64,000 bases of DNA, taken from the NCBI GenBank assembly GCA_031835245.2, contig JAVKOQ020000070.1, positions 62,001-126,000 on the forward strand, read 5' to 3'. Under the pieces are notes generated by a model. That model did not search any database. It was not told the DNA's origin and worked only from the letters and a program-made list of their open reading frames with translations. Made by a program: the position numbers and the translations under genes. Numbering within the stretch: position 1 is the first letter of the stretch; each line of letters starts with the position of its first letter. This DNA is from Balamuthia mandrillaris (taxonomy: Eukaryota). Below are positions 40,401 to 50,950 of the stretch, piece by piece.

Positions 40401-42723
40401 GAACCTGGGAGAGGGCGCTGGAGATGAGCACGAGAAGGGCACCGTGGAGTTGACCCTTGCCGGCCACTCCAAGTCTGTTCGTTCCGTCCAGTTCTCGCCC
40501 AACGGACTTCAGGTGGTGTCTACCTCCGTGGATAAGACGGTCAAAGTCTGGGACTGCCGTACTGGAGAGTTGACCAACACCCTCACTGGCCACTCGGAGC
40601 CTGTCAACACCTGCGCCTTCTCTAGCGACGGCAAGCAGCTAGTCTCCGCCTCGGACGACTTGACAGTGAAGGTCTGGGACGCCACCGGCGGCAGGGAGGT
40701 GGCCACGATGAAGAACGCTCATTCTTCTAGCTCCATCCTGACTTGCGCCTACTCCTGGGATGGACAGAGGGTGGTCTCTGCCTCCTCCGATTGTGGGCTG
40801 GCCGTTTGGGATGTTATTGCCGGGGAGGTGGTCACCGCCATCCCTCAAGCCCACAGCCGCACCATCAATGCTGTCAAGTTCTCTCCTGATGGTGAGCTGG
40901 TGGCTTCCGCCTCTGATGATGGCACCATCAAGCTCTGGAACAGCGAGGACCTTGCCAGCGGACCCATTCGCACTCTCACGGGCCACGCAGACTGTGTCAA
41001 CGACCTCGACTTTAGCTCCGATGGAGAGAGGCTCCTCTCAGCCTCTGATGACTTTTCTCTTCGCCTGTGGAACGTGCACAGCGGAGCGTTGGTGGGAGAG
41101 CTCAAGGGCCATACAAACCGCGTAAAGGGCTGCGCCTTCTCTCCGGACATGAAGAGGGTGGCCTCCGCCTCGCGAGACAATACTCTTCGCATCTGGGACC
41201 CTTCCACCGGTCAGGTCAAGAAGATCCTGCGTGGCCACAAGGACTGGTTAGAGGGTTGCACCTTCTCCCCCGATGGCAAGCTGCTTGTCTCCTGCTCTTG
41301 GGACTTTAACATCATGGTTTGGGACGTGCGTCAGGGCTGCGAACTGGGCACTCTCTCTGGGCACTCAGGGGCTGTCAGCGCCGTGTCCATCAATGCCGAA
41401 GGCACCCACCTCGTCTCCTCTTCCTACGATGGCACTCTGAAGATTTGGGACCTGAAGAAGCTTCACTTAATCACCACCATCGATGGGCACTACCAGAGGG
41501 TTAATCGCTGCGCCTTTGCCAGAAACGCCGGCAACAGCCTCATTGTTTCCTGCTCGGAGGACAACTGCCTCAAGTTCTGGGACTCGGTGGCCGGACAGGA
41601 GATCGTCAGTCTGCAAGGCCACAGCGAGACCGTTCGACAGGTGGCCTATGCTCCTTCTACCAATCAAATCGTGTCTGCTTCGGAGGATTGTACCGTCAAA
41701 GTTTGGGATGCCTCCTCCTCCTCCTCCTCTGGTCCTTCAGAGGAAGGCAGCGGTGCAGCCAAAGGCCACACCCAATGGATCAACGCTTGTCGTTTGTTCA
41801 GGAACAACGACGGCGTTCTCTCCCTGCTGAGCGGCTCTCGTGACGGCACTGCCAAGCTGTGGGAAATAGCCACTGCTTCCCTCAAAGTGAAGCGCAACCT
41901 TATCGGCGGCGGAAAGAGCAGCGGAGGATCCGTCAACGCGGTGGCCGTCTCTCCTGATGGCAGTCGAGCCGTGACAGCCGCCGATGAAGCCGATGCTGGC
42001 AACTTTGGCCTTGTGGTGTGGGACCTCCGAAGGGGCAAGCCTCTCTGTCGCCTGCAGGGGGCGCACACCAACTCGGTGATGGGCTGCTGCTTCTCCCCCG
42101 ATGGCCAACGCATCGCTTCTGCTGCTTGGGATAACACCGTCCGGGTGTGGGGCGCCGCCAGAGGGGAGCTCCAGATGACTTTGGAGGGGCATCATGACTG
42201 GGTGGACTGCGTCTGCTTCTCTCCCGATGGCAGCAAGTTGGTAAGCGGCTCTCGTGACTGCAGCCTCATTGTTTGGGATCTGCGCTACAAGACGGCGGAG
42301 CGGAACCTCACGGGGCATTCCAACTGGGTGAGCAGCGTGTCCTGCTCCGATTCCTTCGTGCTGTCCACGTCGTACGATGGAGAAGCCATCCTTTGGGATC
42401 TTCGCTCTGGCCGCAAGCTTTCTTCCGTGAGACACCTTTTGAGCGGGGCAGAGGAAGAAGAAGCGAGCAGCAACCAACAACAACTAACCAAACGGATCAA
42501 CGACTGTGTGCTCTCTTCGGATGGAAGACGCTTCTTCACGGTCGGTCATGATGGTAGCCTTTGCGTCTGGGAATCGGGCACTTCCTCTGGCTCTGACCCT
42601 CGCAGAGTGTGCCAGTTCTTCTGTAAGGCGCCTGCCACTGCCGTTGCTGCAATGGAAGATGATGGATCCGTCGTTGTGGGCGACTCGCTTGGCAACATTT
42701 ATTTCCTTCGTTTGGTGGCCTAA
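34495..42723 (+). CDS. TEP1: Telomerase/vault protein component 1-like: TROVE - vWA - DUF4062 - NACHT - about 20 WD40 repeats; 2742 aa, intronless
   Basis: DPEFILKLALYVRQDLNIRSTANFLLALAA, VIRLPSDW, LRKAMRHKFSDFDFYQLGKYN, AGKRMKL..PETWE..LS..GN...WEELIDHKKLPFMAMLRNL (TEP1/p80 TROVE); RVFVSSTFRDMHGERD...DLRWG (DUF4062); Walker A GEPGVGKS and Walker B IIDALNQL; GH...FSPDG...WD repeats. Confidence 0.95.
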   Translation: MQGLPEPKEKGMTSMEEVIELKKQLVNTVCACMIAEPRFDQQPSPASDPAAAAEGSGGEASSSVPSTALVIVQLVEQVAQADPEFILKLALYVRQDLNIRSTANFLLALAANLPPCSPFLKKYFRHVIRLPSDWLDVAALYQLLPNRGLQGRALPTALRKAMRHKFSDFDFYQLGKYNKAGKLKRMKRKAKRQALIAARGGGAAAGGRGGRGGRGGRGGRGGRGGGGRGGGAGGDGGKTQLTIKQMIRQLHISEPVEPVMCVLGKKYPRDENEFLNSHLPGMFDSSKAGKRMKLPVPETWETLLSAKGNKAETWEELIDHKKLPFMAMLRNLRNLILTGVDYRCHRWAMNKLCNERAVAQSRQFPFRFFSAYEAINVDIESLRQEVKQAKQAVRSGQDPTTLRRKREPKAKRQQSEEQQDRRPKKLIIPKNMPDEALIKKYKEALDTAVKYATVHNVKPIRGSTVVFCSVAASMRDNCKTAKGMGSVRTLMDVGILLGLMCKYMCEECEFRLFSSPGSGRGASAQCHVPVNLKDGTILHNMESALQVALSGQLGDGTDFPYDYLEDLIRDRQRIDNFIVLSNTMIAPGFDERRSSHHPGGIGSILSKYRQEVNPDLLFVSVNLDGNKVVMRDTSSGDQHPNDVLITGFSDAILKYIAERGDNNQLHYIEHIDEAKHIQSPLSKAEIQKLKNSNSSSLLSTSSYSSPFKRSTTASKLKSRRSLFGMKKRTTGGFLGSGGSALSFGSGLSAFSQDDDDDGPFAKDKKKQSSAASSNAASTLSQEASQKLEREAEKEEKEKLQKKLDQMRTGKWREARVFVSSTFRDMHGERDYLVRYVFPELRERCRRRRINFYDVDLRWGLTQHEAEEGGSLEICLNEVDRCRPFFLGILGDRYGWVPSDYKLNESESDPKYLWLKNYPKGRSITELEMYYGALKHPEDSHCLFYMRNSDFLSQIEDEKDKEVFESESKSAADKQAELKRLIRESLGSRRSASSSSSAVVSDYSCSWGGKVEGKPMTTGLERFGEAVLRDLWNAICKAFPHDPVPRSPLLISREYHLSFMASRAKGFVGREDILKKLYAFVRGEEAGPLVITGEPGVGKSALIAKFAQDCAEKHGSSDGYCVLAHFVGASPDSVHIRHTLYRLCHELRERFDLNEAVPEEYKELRLAFPKFLELASFALTKKTMKHGGKIVLIIDALNQLEEKERAHSLDWLPALNNSHTISRVRIILSTYAQSRTHDVLRFRKPPPTEFNLDVLEERHAKELVRTTLSEFRKKLDESPGNNQMRLLLRKMEATKPLYLVVACEELRVFGLFEALTQKIKDMGSTVAKLFEEVLHRLEVHQDPHLLKVTLCLIHCSRGGIMERELLHVLATQPRSVKKITASASSSSSAFGKSSSFGSSLGSFSSSLDSFGSFDAFDSFGSSFSSSASSSSSFGSSSSFKYTPSSRFGTKSRYSTSSVDKDKEKEAEEQEKAKEKERLRKAQEEARQKLKAREEALKPPTRKELPQGIWSPLVSSLQPFLRPLDDSGEGRLTFFHAQMGFAVQKKFFVLRSQEVAMHKLLAEYFLGHAKVGYYHQLTAATAKAALLAGPEEDIVREEGNGSNGEIRIGRWRCNPNDSTSLRSISELPYHLCRAEMWSELEETLTDLSYVELKCRLGMTFDLITDLTEAVSSAQGKRWDSKPLKLSSEDQAAQQSASNNNDSLFGGFGGSSFSSSSSSEQQAEGLKRLKEFKRFVSSDAHILAMRPELTFQQAANQPEGSFPCLKAKELQWLRKITQAARRPLLSSLPSSSASNAAWLQWLNKPQNQSACLMTMSGNTEAAMACAFSPDGSEIVVASRDQTLRICDAISGQEKATLAGHTNWVVACAYSPDGRNIVSASWDQTLKVWDARAGVEVATLSGHTRRVNACAYSQDGQYIASGSWDCSVKIWSAATGKQVKTLTGHSKPVNAVAFSPDGRRLVSASWDCTIKLWNLGEGAGDEHEKGTVELTLAGHSKSVRSVQFSPNGLQVVSTSVDKTVKVWDCRTGELTNTLTGHSEPVNTCAFSSDGKQLVSASDDLTVKVWDATGGREVATMKNAHSSSSILTCAYSWDGQRVVSASSDCGLAVWDVIAGEVVTAIPQAHSRTINAVKFSPDGELVASASDDGTIKLWNSEDLASGPIRTLTGHADCVNDLDFSSDGERLLSASDDFSLRLWNVHSGALVGELKGHTNRVKGCAFSPDMKRVASASRDNTLRIWDPSTGQVKKILRGHKDWLEGCTFSPDGKLLVSCSWDFNIMVWDVRQGCELGTLSGHSGAVSAVSINAEGTHLVSSSYDGTLKIWDLKKLHLITTIDGHYQRVNRCAFARNAGNSLIVSCSEDNCLKFWDSVAGQEIVSLQGHSETVRQVAYAPSTNQIVSASEDCTVKVWDASSSSSSGPSEEGSGAAKGHTQWINACRLFRNNDGVLSLLSGSRDGTAKLWEIATASLKVKRNLIGGGKSSGGSVNAVAVSPDGSRAVTAADEADAGNFGLVVWDLRRGKPLCRLQGAHTNSVMGCCFSPDGQRIASAAWDNTVRVWGAARGELQMTLEGHHDWVDCVCFSPDGSKLVSGSRDCSLIVWDLRYKTAERNLTGHSNWVSSVSCSDSFVLSTSYDGEAILWDLRSGRKLSSVRHLLSGAEEEEASSNQQQLTKRINDCVLSSDGRRFFTVGHDGSLCVWESGTSSGSDPRRVCQFFCKAPATAVAAMEDDGSVVVGDSLGNIYFLRLVA

Positions 42724-42959
42724 CGCGAAGAGAAGGATGCCCCAATGTCCTGTACAGTAACGGCTCAAAAAACAATGTGTACATACAGAACGATGAACAG
42801 TAACATAATAACAACCATTGTGGGCCGTAATCAGTTGTTTCTCTTTCTCTCTTCTTTTCTTTCTCTCTGGTCTTTCTCTACCGGCGTTCAACTCATTCAC
42901 TCTAGGTGCCATGATTGGAAGTGAGAGGATTCTTGCGTAAAGATTCAGAGAGCGAGGGA

Positions 42960-43130
42960 GGAGGAGAATGGTTCCGTCCAAGTTTGCGACGGTATGCTGT
43001 GCTTCCCGCTTCCACAGCCTCTGTTGTGCTCCACTGTGGTCACGTGGAAGAATGGACGAGGGAGAACGGCTGCCTTGGGACGAGCTCACTTGTGCCTGAG
43101 TGGACTTGTGCCTGCGCTGAACAGAAAGGC
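42960..43130 (+). pseudogene. Degenerate fragment of the CPW-type ankyrin family
   Basis: GAGAACGGCTGCC-TTGGGACGAG matches 26692-26714 (GAGAACGGCTGCCCTTGGGACGAG) with a 1-nt deletion; translates GHVEEWTRENGC/WDELTCA* then EWTCACA. Confidence 0.65.
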
Positions 43131-43260
43131 AAAAACGACAGGGCGACAGCAAACCGTTTTCAGAATGAGAGAGAATGAGAGAGAATGAGAGAGAGAATGG
43201 AAGAGGAAGAGGGAACATGAAAAAAGCAGCGTTTGGTTGGTTTTATTTTTTTTATAACAA

Positions 43261-45613
43261 TTACTTGGTCTTGGTGGTAACAACAGGTTCTGTGGCGTCA
43301 GGGTTTGGTTTCAGAATCACAAATCCTTCCAGTATCGATGACACCGGCAAGTCTGATGAAAATGAACAGTGAAAAAGTGGGATTAGAAATTTTACTCCAT
43401 CAAAAGAGAGAGAGGAGAAAAAGAAATCGTACATTGATCAGTGGCCAACTCGGCACGCTCGCCATGGCCGATGAGGACGGGAGTGGTGTGCGTCTGGAAG
43501 CCGGTGATGGTCTTTGGATGACCGGCTTGACCCACAACGTCGACGGCCTGTCCCACACGCACCGTCACTGGAAGTGGCTCCAGATCTTCGTTGAAGGTTT
43601 GAAGCATTCGTGGATGGATTGCACTCACCAAAGAGAACAACATGTAATGCGATTTACCCAAAATAACTTTTTCAAGAAAAAATGTTAAGATAACAACAAA
43701 AAACGAAAAAGCAAAGTGTAATGACGTACTGTTCTTAAAGTCAAGACAGGAATGAAGAGTGATAAGAAGACCAGCCATGGCAACACGATGCATCAGCGTA
43801 CCGCCCGAGTGATAAGGATTGATGGAGAGCGTGCCTTTGCCCATGTGAAGGAGGCCCTGAGCTAAACGCACCACAAAGAGGTGGTTTGCGTCTTTGTAGT
43901 AATAGGCGGAAAGGTTGCGGAGGAGCTTGGCCGCGCGGCTGTTGTTGGTTCCCGCTCCTATCATGCCCAGCGCGAAGATGGCGGCTTGGGCTACTTCCGC
44001 ATCAGCATCGTGAGAAAGTTTGCTCAGTGTGTCCATCACGCCCACCTTATTTTGTTTTTTTTTTTTTTTGATTATATGATTAGATATGAGACAGAGAGAG
44101 AAGAATCAAAGAAAGAAGGGATTCATATTTACCTTAGGATCTCCAACGTACAAGAGACCGAGAGCTAGGGGAACAGCTCTGCGGACAGGCAGCTCACCGT
44201 ACTGCAACAAATGGTCAAAGGTCCTGACGGCCATTTGCCGTCCCAACTCCTCGCCCATGGCCACCATCGAGATGCCCAGCACCGCGGCACCTTGGTGCAT
44301 AAACTCTTTTTCCTTGTTCTCCTCTTTTTCTTTGTTGTTGGTTTTCTCGTCTGCTTCCTCTTCGGGAGGATGCTCGCCACAGATGGAGAGCAGCTTTTGT
44401 ATTTTGAGGACATTGCCGGTGCCAGCATAGGCGCAGGTTTCCACAGTTAATGTTGTGTAGCTACCAACAGGGCCTGACACTGTCTTCAGCGTCTCCAAAG
44501 TGATGTCTGCTTCTTCTTGTTTGGCTGGTTTTTTTTCTCAGTGGTGAGTTTACAAAATACAAAGCAGAAGGAGAAAGAAATGAAGAGATATGATACCCAA
44601 ATAAAGCAGACCAAGACCAAGAGACAGATATCTAAAGTAAGTGTTCTTGAAGAAGCTTTCCTCTCTCTCCAAAAAGACAGCGAGAAGAGTCTCAGAGACC
44701 TCTCCATCGGCTGTTCCCACGTAGACCATGCCCAACGCCAAAGCGGCGATGCCGACGACCTCCATGTTGTTTTCACTGTCCTCCACCACTGGTTTAAGCA
44801 GATCTTTGATGTCCTCTCTTGCTGTTCCAGCGTATGCTATACCCAACCTTTATTTTCAAACCCCAAAGAGAACCGTTAGAGGAAAAGAAAGGAATAAAAG
44901 AAGAAAGAAAGTGAAAAATACCCGAATACAGCTCCAATCTTCATGAGTGGCGAAGGCTCCTCCAAGTAACCGGCCAACAGGGCACGAGCTGGATCGTAGT
45001 CATTGCGAACTCCAGAGTTCACGACGCCAAGAGCAAGAAGAGCTCCAGCTTTGATGTAGTCCTCCTTCGAATAGAGGTATTTGTCGATTTGTGTGAGACC
45101 ACCATCAACATCCCACAAAAGAATCATGCCAAGGCTGGCTGCTGCGCTGATCATTCCATGTTCTTTGTTTTTGTAGATCCATTTCGATTCTAGAACGGGA
45201 AAAAGTGAAAGGAACGAGTTAGTATCATCTTTTGGAGGATATAGAAGCAAACTGTACCTTCATCGGTCATCAATTTATCAGTGCCAAACGCGCAGTTGAC
45301 AAAGCCATTTACAAACGTGGAGGCAAGATTTTGTCTTGCAGAGTCAACGTTCGTGCCAAGGGTGGATCTTGTTTCGCTGAGATGGGTCTTGAAGATGTCT
45401 TCGGGGGTCTTTGGCTCCAGCACTTCCAGGTCTCTGGCCAGCGTCAGGAACTGATCGTTCAGTCGGGAGTTATTGATCAGCTCGGAGAGGGTCTCGTCAT
45501 CCTCCTCAATGGTAAAGACTCCTTGTCTAGCAAGAATGAATGCCAGTTGTTTCTTCACCGTTCTGTTTTGTTCACAAGAAAACAAATTACCAAATAAATT
45601 AGCACGGTGTGAA

Positions 45614-45653
<40 letters not shown>

Positions 45654-46708
45654 AGGGGAGGAAGATTGGAAATAAAAAAGAACGTACAAATCTTCACAAG
45701 TGCTGTAAATCTCCTTAACAACGTCCATGTCGTTCAAGCGGAGCGCAATGCGAAGGGCAGCAGGCAAACGATTCATCTTGCGATAGATGGTCAGGGCGAT
45801 GTTCAACGCTTGAGAGTCCTCGGGCTCGGGCACGTAGTTAGCGCAGCTCTCGAGGTAAAGGCAGACGCGCTCGTAGTTCTTGGCGTCCACCAAGTCCACC
45901 AGGGCGGACAGCCTCTCCACCTCCATCAACAGGTCGCAGGCCTCTGGCTCTGCGTTGTGTCTCATGTCAAATGGAACGATTTGGTCGACCAGCACCATGA
46001 GGTCATCTACCGGCTGGCTGATTTCTTGCCGAGTGGCGTACTCGTTGCCGATCTCTCCAGACAAGAACCTACCATTTGACAACGAGTGAGTAAAAACTGA
46101 ACAACACTTCCTCTCTGTGTGTTCCTCTTTATCTTCCTAGAGGTATATATTACCTCACAAACTCGTGTCCCCAAGAGCCAATGTCAGTGGAATTGCCTTC
46201 CATCTTGAAGCGCAAGCTCTCTCTGCTGCCTTCCTCTGCCATGGTCATGGCCATCACTGCCAAAATATCGCTCAAGGCTCTCTAAAAAAGTAACAAAAAA
46301 AACTCATTAAGAGTGAAGAACAACAACTAGAGTGAAAAAAAAAAAAGGAAAAAAAAGAAGAGAACAGCCAACAGGAAGAGAAGAGTGTGAAGAAGCAAAG
46401 AAAAGAAAGAAGGAAGCAATGGGCAACCTTATTGTCGCCAGCAGGCATGTTGTTCCAAAAGTTCTTCAACACGTCATAGTGTGGTCGCAGAAACTTGAGA
46501 GGTTTGGGCACAGACGTCATGGAGGCGGTGGCAGACTTGATCTCGCTGGCCAGCTTATCCAAGGCCACCTTCTGTATGCCCGCATCCGCATCCTGGACTC
46601 TCTGGACCAACAACTCGAGTTCTTGTTTTTTCTCTTGATCCTCTTCCGACTGCAAAAAGTTTAAGTCAGTTGATAGATCCGATTGTGAGCGGGTTTCAGT
46701 GAGAGAAG

Positions 46709-46752
<44 letters not shown>

Positions 46753-46936
46753 AGAGAAGAAAGAAAAGTTTGGTGTAAGGTACCAGTTCTTCAGGCAAGT
46801 CATCCATGAGACCTCCCTTCAGCTGTTGTTTTTTTTGTTGCTTTGCCTTCTTTTTTTTGGCCTTCTCCTCCTCGTCTTCCTCTTTTTCATAAGGAATGGG
46901 CACGGTGGCCTCCTCGCGAATGTCCTTTTTCTCCAT
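43261..46936 (-). CDS. RPN1: 26S proteasome regulatory subunit Rpn1/PSMD2, multi-exon
   Basis: [137 protein letters not shown]. Confidence 0.97.
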
Positions 46937-47817
46937 CTTTATCGTGTGCCCCCTCTGATCGCTTGTGTGAGGCGAGGTGTGGTGTCTGTCTGTGTGTGCG
47001 CGTGTGATGAGGTGCAGTGAGTGATCACACTCTTTCTTTTGTTTTCGCAAAATAAAAAACAACGACAACAAACTCTGACGACGGTGGCCATGAGTGCCCG
47101 CTTGAGGAGTGTGCGCGTGCATTGATCATGTCGTCATGAAAAGTATAATGTTTGAGGGTTATTTCACCAGAAAACTTTCACGTCGTCGTGTGAAACTCTA
47201 TTTGCTTGAGGGTTAGGTCAGAAAAGGTTGTCGACCAGTTCGAGGAGGGGGGAAAGTTTGTCGATATTTGTCTACAAAAATATTTGGTAAGGAGAACACA
47301 GCAAAATTTTTGGACTGCGAAATTTATTTGTAGCGGCTTCACCCACCCAGGAAAAAAGCAAGAGCAACCAACACAAAACCCACAAAAAGCTTGCGTGTGT
47401 TGGTCACCCCCTCCTTTATTCTTGCTGCTCTCTCACCCCACCCAACGCGTCGGTCCTCTTCTTCTTCTTCTTCGGTCTCGCTTTTTTTTTTCACGACACC
47501 TCGGTTTGGACTGGTTGAAGTGATTTAAAAAGGAGAGAGTGTGTTGTTCGTCGAATCTTCTCTCCCTCTCTGGAAACAAAATCTCGTCCTCATCGCGGAA
47601 AATAAAATAAAAACATTCGATTCGATTTCGTTGGGATGTCACAAACGCAACCGGAAAGTTGGGAACCTTACTCAGATTACGGGTAACAAATAATCTCTTT
47701 TTGAGTTTATGAGCAAAAAAATCATTTTATCTCACTCTCTCTCTCTTCCTCTCTCATCTTTTTTGAAGGTACGGCCGGTCACGAGAAGCGGACCCCCACC
47801 ATCACCCCCACCACGAC

Positions 47818-49506
47818 ATGTATGCCTCACGGTCAACGCACTCCCCGCCACCTTCCTCCTCTTCTTCTACAAGGGCGGACTACCGCCACCCTTCTGCTCC
47901 CCACCGGAGCTCCGCAGCAGCAGCAACAGCAGAGGGGGACGCCGCTGATCTTCGAGGCAAGAAGCGTGGTCGCAGCGGTGAAGAAAGAGGAGAAGGGGAA
48001 AGAGCGGGCTTTGAATATGGGGACGACTACAGTTACTACCGAGACAGAAGGGGAGACCACCACTCCCATGACAACGGCAATGGCGTGATGGACAAACGGC
48101 CTCGGCAGAAGGAGGACACTCTGGCTAGCGGCGGAGGCGGAGTAGGTGGGGCCGATAGTTTATATCATCACAGAGACCGCCACGGCAGCCGTGAAAGAAA
48201 ACTCGACAGAGAGGCAGAGGATCACCGTTTTCCCTCCGCCTCGTCGGATGCTCGGAGAAGCAGCAGTCGGGAAAGAAGGCGAGGGGAGGGAGACGCTTAC
48301 GATCACCATCATCACAACGATACCAACCATCATCACAATCACAACAACCATGAAGAAAGTGGAGGACGAGGGTCAGGCGCAGAGCCGGACGAGGACCTTC
48401 CTCCCAATTGGAAATCCTACATGAGCTCCAAGGGCAAGGTCTTCTACTACAACGAGATCACCAAGGAGAGCGTTTGGGAGAGACCTGCTCCTCTTCATTC
48501 CAACGCTTCTTCCGACACCACAGCGTCAACAACGAGTTTACACGCAGAGGAAGAGGAGGCCCGTCGCAGGGAAGAAGAGGCTGCCTACTCTAGAGGTGAT
48601 CGTGACTACGACCACCATCACTCTTCCTCCGATCGTCGCAGTTCTTCAACGGAGGACCGCTACCGTTCCTACTCTGACCGATCCTTAGGTGGTAGAGATC
48701 CTTACTCCTCCGGCGGCCTCTCCTCTCCACGCGGAGGAGACAGACTGCCGCCCCACACAGCAGCCACCTTCACCGCAGAAGAATACTATCGAGCTGCCTA
48801 TGGAGATCCCTACGCTGCTGCGGCTGCTCGTGCAGCCGGCCATCACCCTTATCAATATTCTCACCCAGCCATGCTGGCCGCTGCCGCTGGAGCATTTGGC
48901 GGAGCTGGTGGCTTTGGGATGGCCCCTGCTGACATGGCTTTCTATGACCCACGCTTGTGGGGCGCTCCTTCCTCTCGTGGGCGTGGAAGGGGCAGCAGAG
49001 GAAGTGGGTGGATGTCCTCTCGCGGCATGGCGCCTTGGTTTGGAAGCAGAGGTCGTGGAGCGGGCGGAAGAGGAGCGGACTTATATCCTCCACCAATGGC
49101 ATCACAGTATGCAAGTGGAGGAAGAGGAGGGGGAGGAAGAGTGCCACACTATCCCCGCTGGGCGCGCGATGAGCTCTCTTACTATCCTGGTTCCAGCTAT
49201 CGCCCTTCCGATGATGACCGAAGAAGAGACAGGGATAGAAGCAGGGAAAGAGACAGAGAGCGAGACAGAGATAGGGAGCGAGAACGTAGTCGTAGTCGAG
49301 AGAGAGACCGAAGCAGCAGAGAAAGGGATAGAGAAAGGGAGAGGGATCGTGAGCGTGAACGCGAACGCGAACGCGATCGGGAGAAGGAGAAAGAGAAGGA
49401 TCGCGAGCGCGAATATAGGAGAAGCCGAGAAAGAGATACAAAAGATTCGGAACAACTTGACGGCGACAACAACACCAACAGCTCCAGCAGCGGCGCGAGC
49501 TACTAA
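47818..49506 (+). CDS. WW-domain protein with RGG region and RD/RE/RS dipeptide tail (nuclear RNA-processing type); CDS intronless
   Basis: LPPNWKSYMSSKGKVFYYNEITKESVWERP (WW); RGRGRG/RGG; C-terminal (RD/RE/RS)n. Confidence 0.8.
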   Translation: MYASRSTHSPPPSSSSSTRADYRHPSAPHRSSAAAATAEGDAADLRGKKRGRSGEERGEGERAGFEYGDDYSYYRDRRGDHHSHDNGNGVMDKRPRQKEDTLASGGGGVGGADSLYHHRDRHGSRERKLDREAEDHRFPSASSDARRSSSRERRRGEGDAYDHHHHNDTNHHHNHNNHEESGGRGSGAEPDEDLPPNWKSYMSSKGKVFYYNEITKESVWERPAPLHSNASSDTTASTTSLHAEEEEARRREEEAAYSRGDRDYDHHHSSSDRRSSSTEDRYRSYSDRSLGGRDPYSSGGLSSPRGGDRLPPHTAATFTAEEYYRAAYGDPYAAAAARAAGHHPYQYSHPAMLAAAAGAFGGAGGFGMAPADMAFYDPRLWGAPSSRGRGRGSRGSGWMSSRGMAPWFGSRGRGAGGRGADLYPPPMASQYASGGRGGGGRVPHYPRWARDELSYYPGSSYRPSDDDRRRDRDRSRERDRERDRDRERERSRSRERDRSSRERDRERERDRERERERERDREKEKEKDREREYRRSRERDTKDSEQLDGDNNTNSSSSGASY

Positions 49507-50950
49507 ACAAAACTTCTACGCTGACGACAAACGGGATTTGCGTTCTACTATTACTGCTGTTGATGACGAAGACAACACTGAAGAAGAGAAAGAACGACAG
49601 CCAAGAAATGAAAAAGTAACAAAATGGAATGGAAGATAAAAAAAAGATATGCAGCAACGGAAGAAAGGAAGGAAGGATGGATGGAAAAAAGCAACCGCTA
49701 ACGGAGTATAATGGGAAGAAAGAAGGGGTTTGTTGTTTGATCACTTAACCTTTTTTTAACGTTTTTGTCACCTTCATTCAAGCATTTGCCTCATCATCGC
49801 CGCCGCCTTCACTATCGCCATCAACCTTTTTTTCTTTGGAACAAGAATGATTTTAAAAAAACAGTAAGAAGTGCTAAGGATATCGACGACAACTACGACG
49901 AGTTTCAAAACAAACAACAAACGATAACAACGACCACAACAATAACAACGACGACGACGACCACAACGACCACAACGATACAAGGACAAGAGGTGGTTAA
50001 AAAGCTCATGTTGAAGGAAAGGTTTAAAAGTCCGAAGAGGTTAACTCTCGATCTACGCGAATGCGGATGGAGGAAAGAGGTGAAAAAAAATGAGCAAAGA
50101 GAAGGAACAAAAAAACAAAAGGCGAAGAACGCTCACAAGGAAAAAAGGAACAAAGTCGCCGGTAGAGAGAGATGGAATGCATCGTCGTAGAGAACAAACC
50201 GTTAACGGTTGGAATGTTGAAGTTAACAGCCATCGCTCCGTCCTTTTATTCTCGCTCTCTCTCGCTCTCCGTGATGTTGGCGCTGTTGGTTTTCAGTTAT
50301 TGCGTGAGTTCTTCTTCTTCGTATCCCATCTTGCTTCATCTTCTTCAACCACTCCACCCAGCACAAGCAGTAGTTCACGAGGCGTTGTTGTGGCGAAAGC
50401 GTCACCCTCATCATCATCGCGAGTTGCAAAAGTACCGTTTTTCTCACTTTATCGTCCCCCAAGCGTCTGTTGTTTTTTGAAGCTTGTTTCTTCTTCTTCT
50501 TCTCGTCAACCTTCACCTGGAAACGGGACCAGAAGAGCAAAAGGACGAAGAGGCGTTGTGTGATATCGGTTTCATTTTTTGTTGCCTCGTCATCGACTTT
50601 TTTCTTCGACACTCAACGCTTCAACACTCCATAAGTTTCCAAAGCCGAGCAAAAGAGAATGGAAAAGACGAGTAAGAACAGAAAGACAAAGAAAGAAGGG
50701 AAGAGTATTAGGCCGGGGATCGTTCGAACAGTTCATGAAGACATGAGGAGCATGCAACAACGCCATGAACAAGGTACGTCTAGCTCTCTCTCTCTCTCTC
50801 TTGTCTTTCGCAGGTTTCGCTTTTGTTTGTTGATACTTTAACGCAAACTTGAATAAACTCTGAAATGATATTGTGCTGGTAATACTCCTTAGTCTAAATG
50901 AGAACTAAAGAGAAAAGCAAAGAATAAGAACGTAAGAAGAAAGAGGTACT

